Source: Candidatus Marinacidobacterales bacterium (GTDB taxonomy: Bacteria > Acidobacteriota > Vicinamibacteria > Marinacidobacterales > DATDRI01). Taken from it: a DNA stretch of 64,000 nucleotides. Location: contig CBDCNP010000002.1 in assembly GCA_965219415.1 (NCBI GenBank), positions 256,001 to 320,000 on the forward strand. The letters run 5' to 3'. Every line of letters begins with the position of its first letter. Positions within the stretch are counted from its first letter, which is position 1. Shown here in pieces: positions 1-10,102 of this stretch. The notes below the pieces were generated by a model. The model ran no database searches and was not told the DNA's origin. It was given only the letters and a program-made list of their open reading frames with translations. Both the position numbers and the translations under genes were made by a program.

Positions 1-542
1 ATGTCGCTCGGCAACTGGCGCGCTCCGTAGGAAGCGGCGAGGGCGACCGCAAGCGCTCCTTGTTCGGCACGAGGGTCGGTATGAGTTAGCCGGGTGGACG
101 CTCGCGTGAAACGAGCGATCCCGTCCGTGTCGGCCTGAAAGCAAACTCCAATGATGGGAGACCGCATCGCCGGTCCATTGCCAGCAGAGCGGACGCCACT
201 GCGATCCGGTGGTATCCCCATCCAAAGCTTGAGAAGGGCGCGTAGTGTTCCGAACCCCACCCCGGCGGGAAGCCCGAATAGCCCCCCGCGCAGTCGCCAG
301 GCGAGGCTGCGAACGAATCGTTCCGGATCATCGGAAGCGGCGAGCAATGACTGCGCCACCATCGTGGTGTGCTCGGTGTCATCGCTCATCATCCCGCGCC
401 CGAGGGCGAAGCGGTGACGAAGCGGCCCTTCGCCGTAGATTCGAAGCCCCCGACGGCGAGACAACCCCTCGCGGGGAAGTCCCAGGGCGTCACCCACGGC
501 AGTACCCAACAATGTGCCGGCAATCTCGTCGGTCCGGTTCAC
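1..542 (-). CDS. ADP-ribosylglycohydrolase (DraG/ARH family), 3' end runs off the window
   Basis: Not in the ORF track. Manual translation from GTG at 542 gives VNRTDEIAGTLLGTAVGDALG...MSDDTEHT...SAGNGPAMR...TRLTHTDPRA, i.e. the GDALG, SDDT, GNG.AMR and TH motifs of the family. Confidence 0.85.
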   Translation of the reverse strand, partial: MNRTDEIAGTLLGTAVGDALGLPREGLSRRRGLRIYGEGPLRHRFALGRGMMSDDTEHTTMVAQSLLAASDDPERFVRSLAWRLRGGLFGLPAGVGFGTLRALLKLWMGIPPDRSGVRSAGNGPAMRSPIIGVCFQADTDGIARFTRASTRLTHTDPRAEQGALAVALAASYGARQLPSD

Positions 543-566
543 GGCCGTAAAGCTCGAGGAGCGGGG

Positions 567-1652
567 CTACTCGTCGCTCTGCATTGGGATCTGGACGTTG
601 CGTTCTCGTGCGACTTCCGCGGCACGTTCGTAGCCAGCATCCACGTGACGCATCACGCCGGTGCCGGGGTCATTCGTTAGCACCCGCTCGACCCTTTCCG
701 CACCCTCGTCGGTGCCGTCTGCTACGACCTGTGCCCCAGCGTGTATCGATTTTCCCATCCCCACACCGCCACCATGATGGACCGCGACCCATGCAGCGCC
801 CGATGCAGTATTAAGGAGGGCATTCAATATCGGCCAGTCGGCAATCGCATCCGAGCCGTCCTTCATCGACTCCGTTTCACGATACGGAGAAGCGACGGAG
901 CCAGAATCCAAGTGATCGCGCCCGATGACGATCGGCGCTTTGACTTCCCCAGAACGTACGAGCTCGTTGAAGGCGAGGCCCGCTTTGTGGCGCTCGCCGT
1001 ACCCGAGCCAACAGATACGTGACGGCAAACCCTGAAACGCGACCCTCTCTTTGGCCATCTCCAGCCAACCTTGCAATGAACGGTTATCGGGGAAGAGCTT
1101 GGCCACCGCGCGGTCTGTCGCTGCGATATCATCTGGCTCGCCAGAAAGGGCGACCCACCGAGCTTGCCCTTCAGACTTCCACCCGAATTTCTGCTCGGCG
1201 ATGGCGGCGAACGTTTGGTGCGTACCCTGGAGAATCCCTTGTGTGCCGATGTAAATCCATGAGCCCGCCGTCATCTGCCCATACATCGTGAGACCCGCCG
1301 CTTCTAGCTCCCAAAACTCTTCCCAGGTCGCCCAGTCTGGAACTAGGAGGCTGTTTGCGATGAGTACTCGGGGAGACATCGGATGGGTCCGGAAAACACC
1401 TACCGGCTTGCCAGATTGAACCAAGAGCGTCTCGTCGTTCTCGAGCCGCTGGAGACTTCGCACGATGGCGTCGAAGGCATCCCAAGAACGCGCCGCCTTA
1501 CCCCGCCCACCGTAGACAACGAGCTCGGCAGGGTTCTCCGCCACTTCTGGGTCCAGATTGTTCATCAGGCAGCGGAGCGCCGCCTCTTGAAGCCATCCTT
1601 TAGTACTGAGCGTCGAGCCTCGCGGTGCCCTGATTTCCCGGGGCTCGCTCAT
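567..1652 (-). CDS. hutU: Urocanate hydratase with a large internal deletion (361 aa; central NAD-binding domain absent)
   Basis: N-terminal [39 protein letters not shown] and C-terminal [37 protein letters not shown] are present. The GLGGMGGAQP...DQTSAHD...DYGNNIR block is missing. Confidence 0.92.
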   Translation of the reverse strand: MSEPREIRAPRGSTLSTKGWLQEAALRCLMNNLDPEVAENPAELVVYGGRGKAARSWDAFDAIVRSLQRLENDETLLVQSGKPVGVFRTHPMSPRVLIANSLLVPDWATWEEFWELEAAGLTMYGQMTAGSWIYIGTQGILQGTHQTFAAIAEQKFGWKSEGQARWVALSGEPDDIAATDRAVAKLFPDNRSLQGWLEMAKERVAFQGLPSRICWLGYGERHKAGLAFNELVRSGEVKAPIVIGRDHLDSGSVASPYRETESMKDGSDAIADWPILNALLNTASGAAWVAVHHGGGVGMGKSIHAGAQVVADGTDEGAERVERVLTNDPGTGVMRHVDAGYERAAEVARERNVQIPMQSDE

Positions 1653-3191
1653 CCCAAGTCACCGACGGCTTTTTCGACGGCGGCAAGTAGCTCGCCGTCT
1701 ACGATCATCCTTGCCGCGGCATCGATCTCGCCTGTCAATTCTCGGTCTTCTTCGAGCCGCGGAACCTTCCCACGCAGTGTTTTGGCCGCAACGCACGTTC
1801 CGGGTGCCGCCACCAACGGGGCTCGGTAGTCGATTCCTTGCACCGCGCACAGGACCTCGACCGCAACAACCTGGGAAGCATTCTCCAACACCTCCCAAAG
1901 CTTGCGACCTGCCCCCCAGCCCATCGACACATGATCCTCTTGGCTGCCCGATGTGGGAATGCTCTCGACGCTTGCGGGATGCGAGAGGACTCGGTTCTCC
2001 GCAACCAGAGCCGCGGCGGTGTACTGTGTGAGCATATAGCCAGCATTTACGCCGGGTTTGGGCGAAAGAAACGCCGGCAGACCCGCCGAGCGCTCCGGGT
2101 CGAGAAGGCGATCGGTGCGCCGCTCCGAGATACTTGAAAGCTCGGTGATGGCGATAGTCATGACGTCCAGTGCTAATGCTAGAGGCTGACCATGGAAATT
2201 GCCGGCAGAAACGACCTCGCCTTGTTCGGGGAAGACAATGGGGTTATCCACTACCGCACCCAGCTCTCGTGTAAACATGTCTCGGGCGAAGGACATCCCC
2301 TCGCGGCAAGCCCCGTGAACTTGGGGTACGCAGCGCAAGCTGTAGGCGTCCTGCACCGCGTGACTGAAATCCTCTGCATGACTCGCCACGATCTTCGAGC
2401 CCTTGAGCAATCGCGCGATATTTTTCGCCGACGCGACTTGTCCAGGGTGCGGTCGCAACGCGTGGATTTCGGGTCGAAACGGGCGGGCGCTTCCGAGCAG
2501 TGCTTCCACCGAAAGCGCGCAGGCGATGTCGGCGGCTCTGGTAATGCGCATCGCACGATGTAGTCCGAGTACGCCGAACGCCAACATGCCCTCGGTGCCG
2601 TTCAAAAGGCTTAGACCCTCTTTCGCGCGAAGGCGAATCGGCTTCAGCCCTCGACGGCTGAGAATTTCTGCGGCGGGCGCGACACGCCCTTCGTCCTTGA
2701 GAAGGCCTTCCCCGATTAGCGGTAGCGCTAGATGAGCGAAAGGAGCCAAATCTCCGGACGCGCTCACCGAGCCTTTACCCGGGACGACCGGCAGGAGATC
2801 TCTTTCCAAGAGCTCGACGTAACGTTCCACAAGAAGAGGTCGCGACGCCAGAATATCCTTGGGCAAGGGTCCGAGCTCGGAGCAAGAGCATGGCGCGAAC
2901 CAGCTCATCCGCGATCGGTGTGCCGACGCCGGCGGCGTGGCTCCGAAGTAGATGAACTTGGAGCTCTTCCGACTCCTCTGGTTCGATCCGAGTGTTGGAC
3001 AGCGCGCCGAATCCGGTGGTCACGCCGTAGATCGTTTGACGCTCTTTCAGCACACGTTCGATGACTGCGAGCGAGGGAGCCATGCGACTCGCCAGATCGG
3101 GATGGACCTCGACCTTGGCCTTTCGTTCCGCCACCGCCACGACGTCCTCCAACCCGAGTGGTCCTCCGTCGATGACCACTCGCTCCGGCAC
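1649..3191 (-). CDS. hutH: Histidine ammonia-lyase (one frameshift near 2845)
   Basis: ORFs 2775-3191 ([18 protein letters not shown]) and 1649-2908 ([11 protein letters not shown] with the MIO-forming [26 protein letters not shown]) join into one gene. Confidence 0.93.
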
Positions 3192-3195
3192 GAAT

Positions 3196-4096
3196 TTAGT
3201 CCCGGGCCGCCACGCAGGTGGCGAAGCTCATGAAAACGTAAGCCATGTTCATCAACGTCAAATCGTTCACGTCGGCAGAGGCGTCCACTTCCACAAAGTC
3301 TGCCGCACGGACCTTGGGATGCTGTCCGCAAAGCCAGGCGGCGGTGGCCAACTGCCGCGGCCACATTCCGCCCGGCTGGGAACCGGGGCACGCCGGGGCA
3401 TGGGCTCGATCGAGCACGTCGATATCGAAATCCACATAGATCCATTCACACTGGTGGCCGAGCCCCTCAAGGGCCGCACCGACCACCGGTCCCAAACCTT
3501 GTGCCTCCACGGTTTCCATCGTCGCGATTCGAATCCGTTGCTGGTCGCAATAAGCGCGATGTTCGAGAGAATTGGCGAAAGAGTGAATCCCTATTTGGAT
3601 CACTTGCTCCCCGGGTAAGCCGTCCTCTATGAGTGCCCGAATCGGCGTGCCGTTGGTGGGGCCCAGATCCAGCTCTCGTACGTCATGGTGAGCGTCGAGG
3701 GTAAGGACTCCCACGCGGCCCAGCTGGCCTCGGGACACGCCGCGGACGAGCGGACGGGTGATGCCGTCATCCCCACCTTAGAAACGCGTAAACCGATCCC
3801 TTCGCCAGGCGCCGCGCCGATGCCTCGATCGCTGGTTGATACTCCTCCAGACCAAGGGAACTAACCTGCCAATCCCCGAGGTCAGCCACCGAGAGGCGAC
3901 GCACGTCCACGGCGCGTTCGCTGTGGAAAGTGGAAAAGCGGCCCAGCACGCCTCGAAGCCGGTGGGGTGTCTGGTAGGCCTTGGATGGCGAAAGCGATGC
4001 TACGGACGTCGGCACACCTATCACCACGAGTGCAGGGTTCTTGTCGTTTCGAGCCAACCAGCTGTCGGCACGCGGCCAGGAGGCGTCTTCGTTCAT
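3196..4096 (-). CDS. hutG: Arginase/agmatinase-family hydrolase, probably formimidoylglutamase (frameshift near 3770)
   Basis: DAHHD, NGTP, DFDIDVLD, PGSQPGG and VEVD motifs. It lies directly upstream of hutH, so the gene name rests on context. Confidence 0.75.
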
Positions 4097-4231
4097 CTAG
4101 TTATGGTCGACCTTCCTTCCATCGAGGCGCGATGATGATATTGAGGTAGGAGGCGGGACGCAAATGCTGAGCCCTCCTAGGTTTTCACGATGAACGTTGG
4201 CGAGTTGCGTGGAATAGGAATGCCGCGGCAG

Positions 4232-4348
4232 CTAGTCATAGACGCAGAGGAAATCGTTGAACGCCTCGTCGGCCACGTGCACCGCGAGGGCGAGAGTCAA
4301 GAGGACCCACGCCAAGCCGTGACGAGCGCCAAGGTCCTTAGGACTCAT
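4232..4348 (-). pseudogene. 38-codon N-terminal remnant of an HxxDE/HXXEE-like membrane protein
   Basis: MSPKDLGARHGLAWVLLTLALAVHVADEAFNDFLCVYD*. The start overlaps the MOSC stop; there is one hydrophobic helix plus HVADE, then it ends. Confidence 0.5.
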
Positions 4349-5042
4349 CACAGCACATCTCGTCGGCTGGCTCCTCCTTCCGCTCGATCTCGATTCCGGC
4401 CTTTTCCAGTCGGTCCACGAAGCCCTCGCGCCAACCGGGCGACAGCGCCTCGATGCGAATCGCCCGCTTGCAGTCCTCCAAATTCTTGAGATCGAAGTAG
4501 TACAAGCGGCAGATTTGCTCGACGGTCATTCCTTCGGGATCTTCTTCTACCAGTTGAAGGGAATCCCCCGCCCCCACCTCGCCTTCTTCGAGCACGCGGA
4601 AATAGAATCCGACCCGGCAACTCTGAAGAAAGAGTTTCGGGAACTTAGGATCGTTCATCTTGATACCCAACCGGTAACAAGGCACTCGGGGCTGAGTTAC
4701 CTCGACCGTCGCGTCGCCGACCCGAAAGGTATCGCCCACGTGAATCCGTTCCTCCAACATGCCCTCGACCGTGAAGTTTTCCCCGAACTGCGGATCGCGG
4801 AAATCGTCCCGACCCAGCTCCCGGCTCCAGTGCTCGTAGTTTTCGCGGGTATAGACGCACACCGCTTTGTAGGGGCCTCCGTGCCCTTTGAGATCCACCT
4901 GCTGGTCGCCGTCGAGATTCAACGTCCGTAGCATGACCCGCCCTGCCACCGGCTCTTTGAAAATTCCCGTGGCAACCGACTTGCCCATATACGGGACTTC
5001 TTTACGAAGCGACACGCTGACCGTCAGAAGTTTCATCGTCAC
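4338..5042 (-). CDS. MOSC domain protein (YiiM-like, with C-terminal 3-alpha domain)
   Basis: TGIFKEP, LDGDQQVD..HGG..KAV, FGENFT, QPRVPCYRL, GFYFRVLEEGEV. Confidence 0.9.
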   Translation of the reverse strand: MTMKLLTVSVSLRKEVPYMGKSVATGIFKEPVAGRVMLRTLNLDGDQQVDLKGHGGPYKAVCVYTRENYEHWSRELGRDDFRDPQFGENFTVEGMLEERIHVGDTFRVGDATVEVTQPRVPCYRLGIKMNDPKFPKLFLQSCRVGFYFRVLEEGEVGAGDSLQLVEEDPEGMTVEQICRLYYFDLKNLEDCKRAIRIEALSPGWREGFVDRLEKAGIEIERKEEPADEMCCDES

Positions 5043-5175
5043 ACCCCCTCGGAATGCTACGCCCGGCCGGTGGGCGCGTCAATCTCTCAGAGAAAACCGG
5101 AGAAAACTTGTGTGTCTCTCTAAGGACTTCGGGGACCTCCGATTGCTACACCCTACCTTGGAAAGGAGAACAACT

Positions 5176-6075
5176 ATGCCTAGGTCCTTATGGATTGTAG
5201 CGATCGCCTTTTTTGGATTGGGCGCGGTGGCAGGAAAGCTGGTGCCCGTCCTCGGTGACCAACGACCCGAAGACAAGGAGGCCATTCGGGCCCATATCGA
5301 CAGCTTCTTTCAGGCCTATATTCAGGGAGACCGAGAGACGATTCGAGCCACCCACAGCGAAGATTGGCGAGGTTTTCTGGGGCAGTCTCGCTCCATCATT
5401 CGTGGGATCGACCCCTACATGGAAGCCGCCAATGCCACGCTCGCCCGACCCGGCGGCATGGTCGGTTATCAGATGGACGACTACGATGTTCTCTTCTACG
5501 GCGATATCGCGTTGGTGCCGTACATCGCGTCTCTCGACGTGGAGTTCGGCGGCAAGCGAATCGATTTCAAACCCAAGATCCGGGTGCTCGACGTCTATGC
5601 GAAAGATGACGGCGAGTGGACTCAAATCGCTTCCAACACCGTCCGGCACCCCGAGACGGAAGCCGCGATCCGCCAGCAGCCGGCTCCAGTGAGTCCGCCT
5701 CTGCGCGAAAAGATCTTGGCGGCGAGAGAGACGGTTTGGCGAGCCTGGCTCTCGAATGACCAGAACGTACTCGGCCGAGTCATCCCCGAGGAGACCATCG
5801 CCGTCAGTGCCGGAGAAGAGGCCTGGGGGGATCGAGAAACTATCCTTGCCGGCGCGCGGGCGTTCGCAGAAAACGGCGGGAAACTCGTTAGCCTCGATTT
5901 TCCGTGCACCGAGATCCTGCTCTACGGTGACGTGGCCATTTTGTACACGACCTACGAAATGGAAACCGAAGTAGGTGGCGAAGCTCAGAGCCTGTCTGGT
6001 CGCGGTACCGAGATCTTCGTGCGGCGGAACGGCAACTGGGTCAACTCCGGCTGGCATCTCGATTCCGGGTCGTAA
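5176..6075 (+). CDS. Exported protein with two NTF2-like (DUF4440/SnoaL-like) domains
   Basis: AGGAG RBS before ATG 5176, a signal-like N-terminus, two repeats with LxYGDxA and a C-terminal GRGTEIFVRRNGNWV..GWH. Confidence 0.7.
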   Translation: MPRSLWIVAIAFFGLGAVAGKLVPVLGDQRPEDKEAIRAHIDSFFQAYIQGDRETIRATHSEDWRGFLGQSRSIIRGIDPYMEAANATLARPGGMVGYQMDDYDVLFYGDIALVPYIASLDVEFGGKRIDFKPKIRVLDVYAKDDGEWTQIASNTVRHPETEAAIRQQPAPVSPPLREKILAARETVWRAWLSNDQNVLGRVIPEETIAVSAGEEAWGDRETILAGARAFAENGGKLVSLDFPCTEILLYGDVAILYTTYEMETEVGGEAQSLSGRGTEIFVRRNGNWVNSGWHLDSGS

Positions 6076-6080
6076 GAAAA

Positions 6081-8510
6081 ATGGACGCTCTCTGGCAGGA
6101 CATCCGATTCGCTTGCCGATCCTTCTTGAAAACGCCGAGCTTTACGCTCGTCGTGCTCCTCACCTTGGCCCTTGGCATCGGCGCCAACGTGGCGATCTTT
6201 AGTGCAGTGCATACGGTGTTGTTGAGGCCACTCCCCTACCCGGAGTCGGACCGCCTCGTCGCATTCTGGTCGCGGTGGGAGAACGAGGGGACGTTGCGCG
6301 TCAGCACGTGTGGTGGAGACTTCCGAGAATACCAACGGCAAGCGACGCTCTTCGATGGCATAGCCGGCATCGGCTCCATACGACAGAACGTCACCGGGGG
6401 AGCGGAACCGATTCAGATCCAGGTGGGCTGGGTGACGCGGAACTTGTTTTCTGTCATGAAGGTCGAACCGATGCTCGGGCGTGCTTTCGAACCGGAGGAA
6501 GGCGCTCGATCGCTAGTGTTGAGCTACGGCTTCTGGCAAAGCTACTTCGCCGGAGAACGCGACATTCTGGGGCGCTCGGTCAACCTAGACGGCCAACCCT
6601 TTACGATCATCGGGGTGCTTCCTGCGGACTTCGAGCTTCTCATGGCCGCGAATGCCGGCATCTCGACCGAGATCGAGGCATGGAAACCTCCGGGTCCGGC
6701 CGCCAACCCGACGCGGTGGGAATCCTCCGAAGCTCAACAACTCGACGCTCCACCCCATCGCCCGCATGAAGCCCGGTGTGACCTTGGCTCAAGCACAAGC
6801 GGAAATGGACGGCATCGCAGAGCACTTGAGGAACACGTTGGCCGATCACGCCCGCATGGGCTTTCACGTGAGCGTCGAGCCTCTTCATCGCGAGGTGGTA
6901 GGCCACGTGCGGCCCACGCTATTGACGCTCCTCGGAGCGGTCGGCGTGGTGTTACTCATCGCCTGCGCGAACGTCGCCAACCTACTGCTCGTGCGAGCTC
7001 GAGGACGGCAAAAAGAAATCGCGGTTCGAGCTGCTCTGGGCGGCGCGCCGAGCCGCATTGCTCGACAACTACTTACCGAAAACCTCCTGCTAGGGGCAGT
7101 CGGTGCTGCGGCGGGAATCCTTCTCGGTTACGGGGGCATCCGGTTTCTGCTGGCGCTCCAACCCGCCAAGTTCCCGAGGCTCGAAAGCATCGCCATCGAC
7201 GGCACGGAGTTGGTATACACCGTGGTTGCCTCGGTCCTGGCAACGGTCGTTTTCGGCCTGGTCCCGACCTACCGCACCACACGTTCGAACTTGAACGAAG
7301 CACTGACCGAGCGGAGCCAAGAAGGAAGCTCCGGCGCTCGATCTCGGACTAATCAGCTCCTGATCGTCGCCGAGGTAGCCCTATCGCTGATGCTGCTCGT
7401 CGGCGCCGGCTTGTTGCTGCGGAGCTTCGTGCAACTACAGGAAGTGCGACCCGGGTTCGACACCGACGATCTCCTCACGTTCTCCGTGAGCCTCCCTAGC
7501 ACGCGCTACCCGCCGCCTCATGAGACGGCGGATTTCTTCAAACGCTTCGAGGAACGTATCCAAACGTTGCCGGGCGTGGTCTCGGTTGGTACGGTTTGGC
7601 CCCTTCCCCTCGAAGGACAGATTTGGACCGGTCACTATTCCACTCCCAGAGTAGCGGGTGACGACTCAAAGCCGATGGCCGATTACCGCCTGAGCACACC
7701 TGGCTATGCACCGACCGTCGGGGCCCGACTCGTCGAGGGTCGTTACTTGCGAGAAGACGACGGGGACGTGGTGCTTGTCGACGAGGAGTTCGCCGCGCTG
7801 AACTTTCCATCTGGAACCGCGGTGGGCCAGAAGGTAGAAGTGGCTACCGGGCCGAACTTTCAGGAGTATCGAATCGCCGGGGTCGTCGAGAACATCCGAC
7901 ATGCCGATCTGAAATCCGATGGTCGGGAGACCATTTACCTGGCTGCGCGCGCGTGGACGTGGGCGGATTGGGAGCTCGCCGTCGCGGTGCGGACGAAAAC
8001 GGACCCGATGAGTCTCGTCGCCCCCGTTCGCGAAGAGCTCGCTTCACTGGACCCACAGATCCCCATGGCCAAGATCCGCGCCATGGAGGACTATGTGAGC
8101 GACGCGGTAGCGCCGAATCGATTCGCCCTCATCTTGATCACCATCTTCGCCGCGGTCGCCGTGATTCTTGCGGCGGTGGGCCAGTACGGTGTGATTTCGT
8201 ACACCGTTGCACAACGAACGCGAAAGATCGGAATCCGCTTGGCCTTCGGAGCGCCACCAGCCAGCATCTTTCGCCTCGTCCTCGGCCAAGGATTGGGCTT
8301 GACGACTCTCGGAGTCGCCTTTGGCGTGGTGGGTTCGTTCTTGCTCGGCGGACTCATCTCGAGTCTTCTGTTCGAGGTCACCGCCGAAGATCCGCTTACC
8401 TACGTCGCCACCGCAGGGATTCTGATACTGGGTAGCGCTGGCCGCCTTGCTTTATCCCGGCCAGGCGGGCAACTAGGGTGGATCCCATCATCGCCCTCCG
8501 CTCGGAGTAG
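6081..8510 (+). CDS. Duplicated orphan ABC permease (MacB/FtsX type, ADOP-like); frameshifts near 6720 and 8440
   Basis: WQDIRFA.R, LALGIGAN.AIFS, LLIACANVANLLL, AEVALS, PGFD, YGVISY.V.QRT and the typical end DPIIALRSE* (stop at 8510). Confidence 0.9.
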
Positions 8511-8547
8511 GCCAGGCGGCCAGTGCGCTCCACGCCTTGCTGGTTCG
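8486..8547 (+). repeat. 62-bp direct repeat, copy A
   Basis: catcatcgccctccgctcggagtag...ccttgctggttcg matches 10041-10102 at 61/62 positions. Confidence 0.95.
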
Positions 8548-8558
8548 TGCACAACAGT

Positions 8559-8634
8559 GGGGTCGGATCTAAAACTGGGCATGCGAAGCGCCAGTTGGTC
8601 TGGTGCAAATGTGCCCAAAACTGGATCTGACCCC
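8559..8634. repeat. REP-like imperfect palindrome
   Basis: Arms ggggtcggatctaaaactgggca and tgcccaaaactggatctgacccc are imperfect reverse complements. Confidence 0.65.
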
Positions 8635-8646
8635 CGTATTATTTCT

Positions 8647-10029
8647 GGGTTTACGCGGATTCGTGTGGGTAAGTTCTGACGGAAAAACAGTGTAACTCAT
8701 TGTGTGGAAAAGGTATCGAGTACTTCATCAGGTGCTGAAAAGTGGTCCATTTTTAGGATAAGCTAACCGAGTGAAAAATTCCCAGTCGATCCGCTCGCTG
8801 TTTGCGCTGCCAGGTTTCGTGGTTGGTGCCGGATTGAAGGGTCTATTCGGTGACCGATACGCCCGCGTCATCCAGCTCAAGAGGCGAAAAAAACAGCTGT
8901 GTGCTCTTACTGTGGGCAACGGTGCCGGGGGCGCTATGACACAAGTGTGCCGGGTCCGCGACCTGTCGTTGGCAGGCTGGCGGATCTATCTGGAATACGA
9001 GCGTCGGCGCGTCAACTGTTCTGGGTGCGGCGGTGTGCATGTAGAACACCTAGACTGGCTGGCGAACAACTCGCGCTACACCCAGCGTTTTGCGGCGCAT
9101 GTGGGCAAACTGTGCCGGGATATGCCGAACAAGGCGGTGGCCGAGATGGAACGTCTGCACCACGGTACGGTGAAGGCTCTGGATACGCTCTACATGCAAG
9201 AGCAGGTCGACCGGGCGGGGCTACCGGCGCCTCGGGCCATCGGTGTCGATGAGATCTCCATCCGCAAGGGACATAACTATCGCGTCATTGTCAGCGACCT
9301 GGAGCGGGCGCGTCCCATCTGGGTGGGCGGTGAGGGTCGCAAAGAAACCGACATCGATTTGTTCTTCAAGGCGCTGGGCGGAAAGAAAAGCGCCCGTATC
9401 AAGCTGGCCGCCATGGATATGTGGAAGCCCTTCCGGAACTCGGTGATTCACAACGCGCCTAATGCGCGGATCATCTCCGACAAGTTTCATATCATGCGTC
9501 ATCTGTCAAAGGCCCTCGATGAGGTCCGGCGCGGTGAGTACAAACGCCTCAGCGGCAAGGACCGGTCGTACATCAAGGGGCAGCGTTACACTTTGCTTTC
9601 CCGGCGGGAGAACCTGAGCCTAGACGGGTCGCCGCGCACTCAAAAAGTTGCTCCAGGCCAACCGGCGCCTGAACACCGCCTATATTTTGAAGGAGGCCTT
9701 CGGGCAACTCTGGGATTACCGCACCGAACGCGGCGCTCGCGCCTTTTTCACCCGTTGGAAAGACAGCCTCAAATGGCAACGCCTGCATCCGTACCAGAAG
9801 TTCGCCGGTATGATTGAGTCCCATTGGGATGGTATCGCCTCCTACTGTCATCCGGAGAACAAAGTCAGTCTCGGCCTAGTTGAAGGGGTCAACAACAAAA
9901 TCCGTGTTCTGCAACGACGCGCCTACGGCTATCGCGACGAGGAATATCTCAAGCTGAAGATCGTGGCGACTTTCCTTCCGCTATTACCCAGAAATGCAGT
10001 TTTCAACCCACACGAATCCGCGTAGACCC
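8647..10029 (+). mobile_element. ISL3-family IS, copy 1
   Basis: Terminal inverted repeats gggtttacgcggattcgtgtgggt / acccacacgaatccgcgtagaccc; 8-bp TSD ttatttct at 8639-8646 and 10030-10037. Confidence 0.95.
8771..10025 (+). CDS. ISL3 transposase (2-bp-deletion variant; extra G near 9625)
   Basis: IGVDE, MDMWKPF, DKFH and EGVNNKIRVLQRRAYGYR motifs. Confidence 0.9.
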
Positions 10030-10040
10030 TTATTTCTTTA

Positions 10041-10102
10041 CATCATCGCCCTCCGCTCGGAGTAGGCCAGGTGGCCAGTGCGCTCCACGCCTTGCTGGTT
10101 CG
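10041..10102 (+). repeat. 62-bp direct repeat, copy B
   Basis: Matches 8486-8547 and contains the stop of the CotH gene. Confidence 0.95.

Noticed and set aside
8486-10102. 62-bp repeat as DGR TR/VR or prophage att sites
   Set aside because: There is only one mismatch, and no reverse transcriptase, integrase or phage gene in the window.
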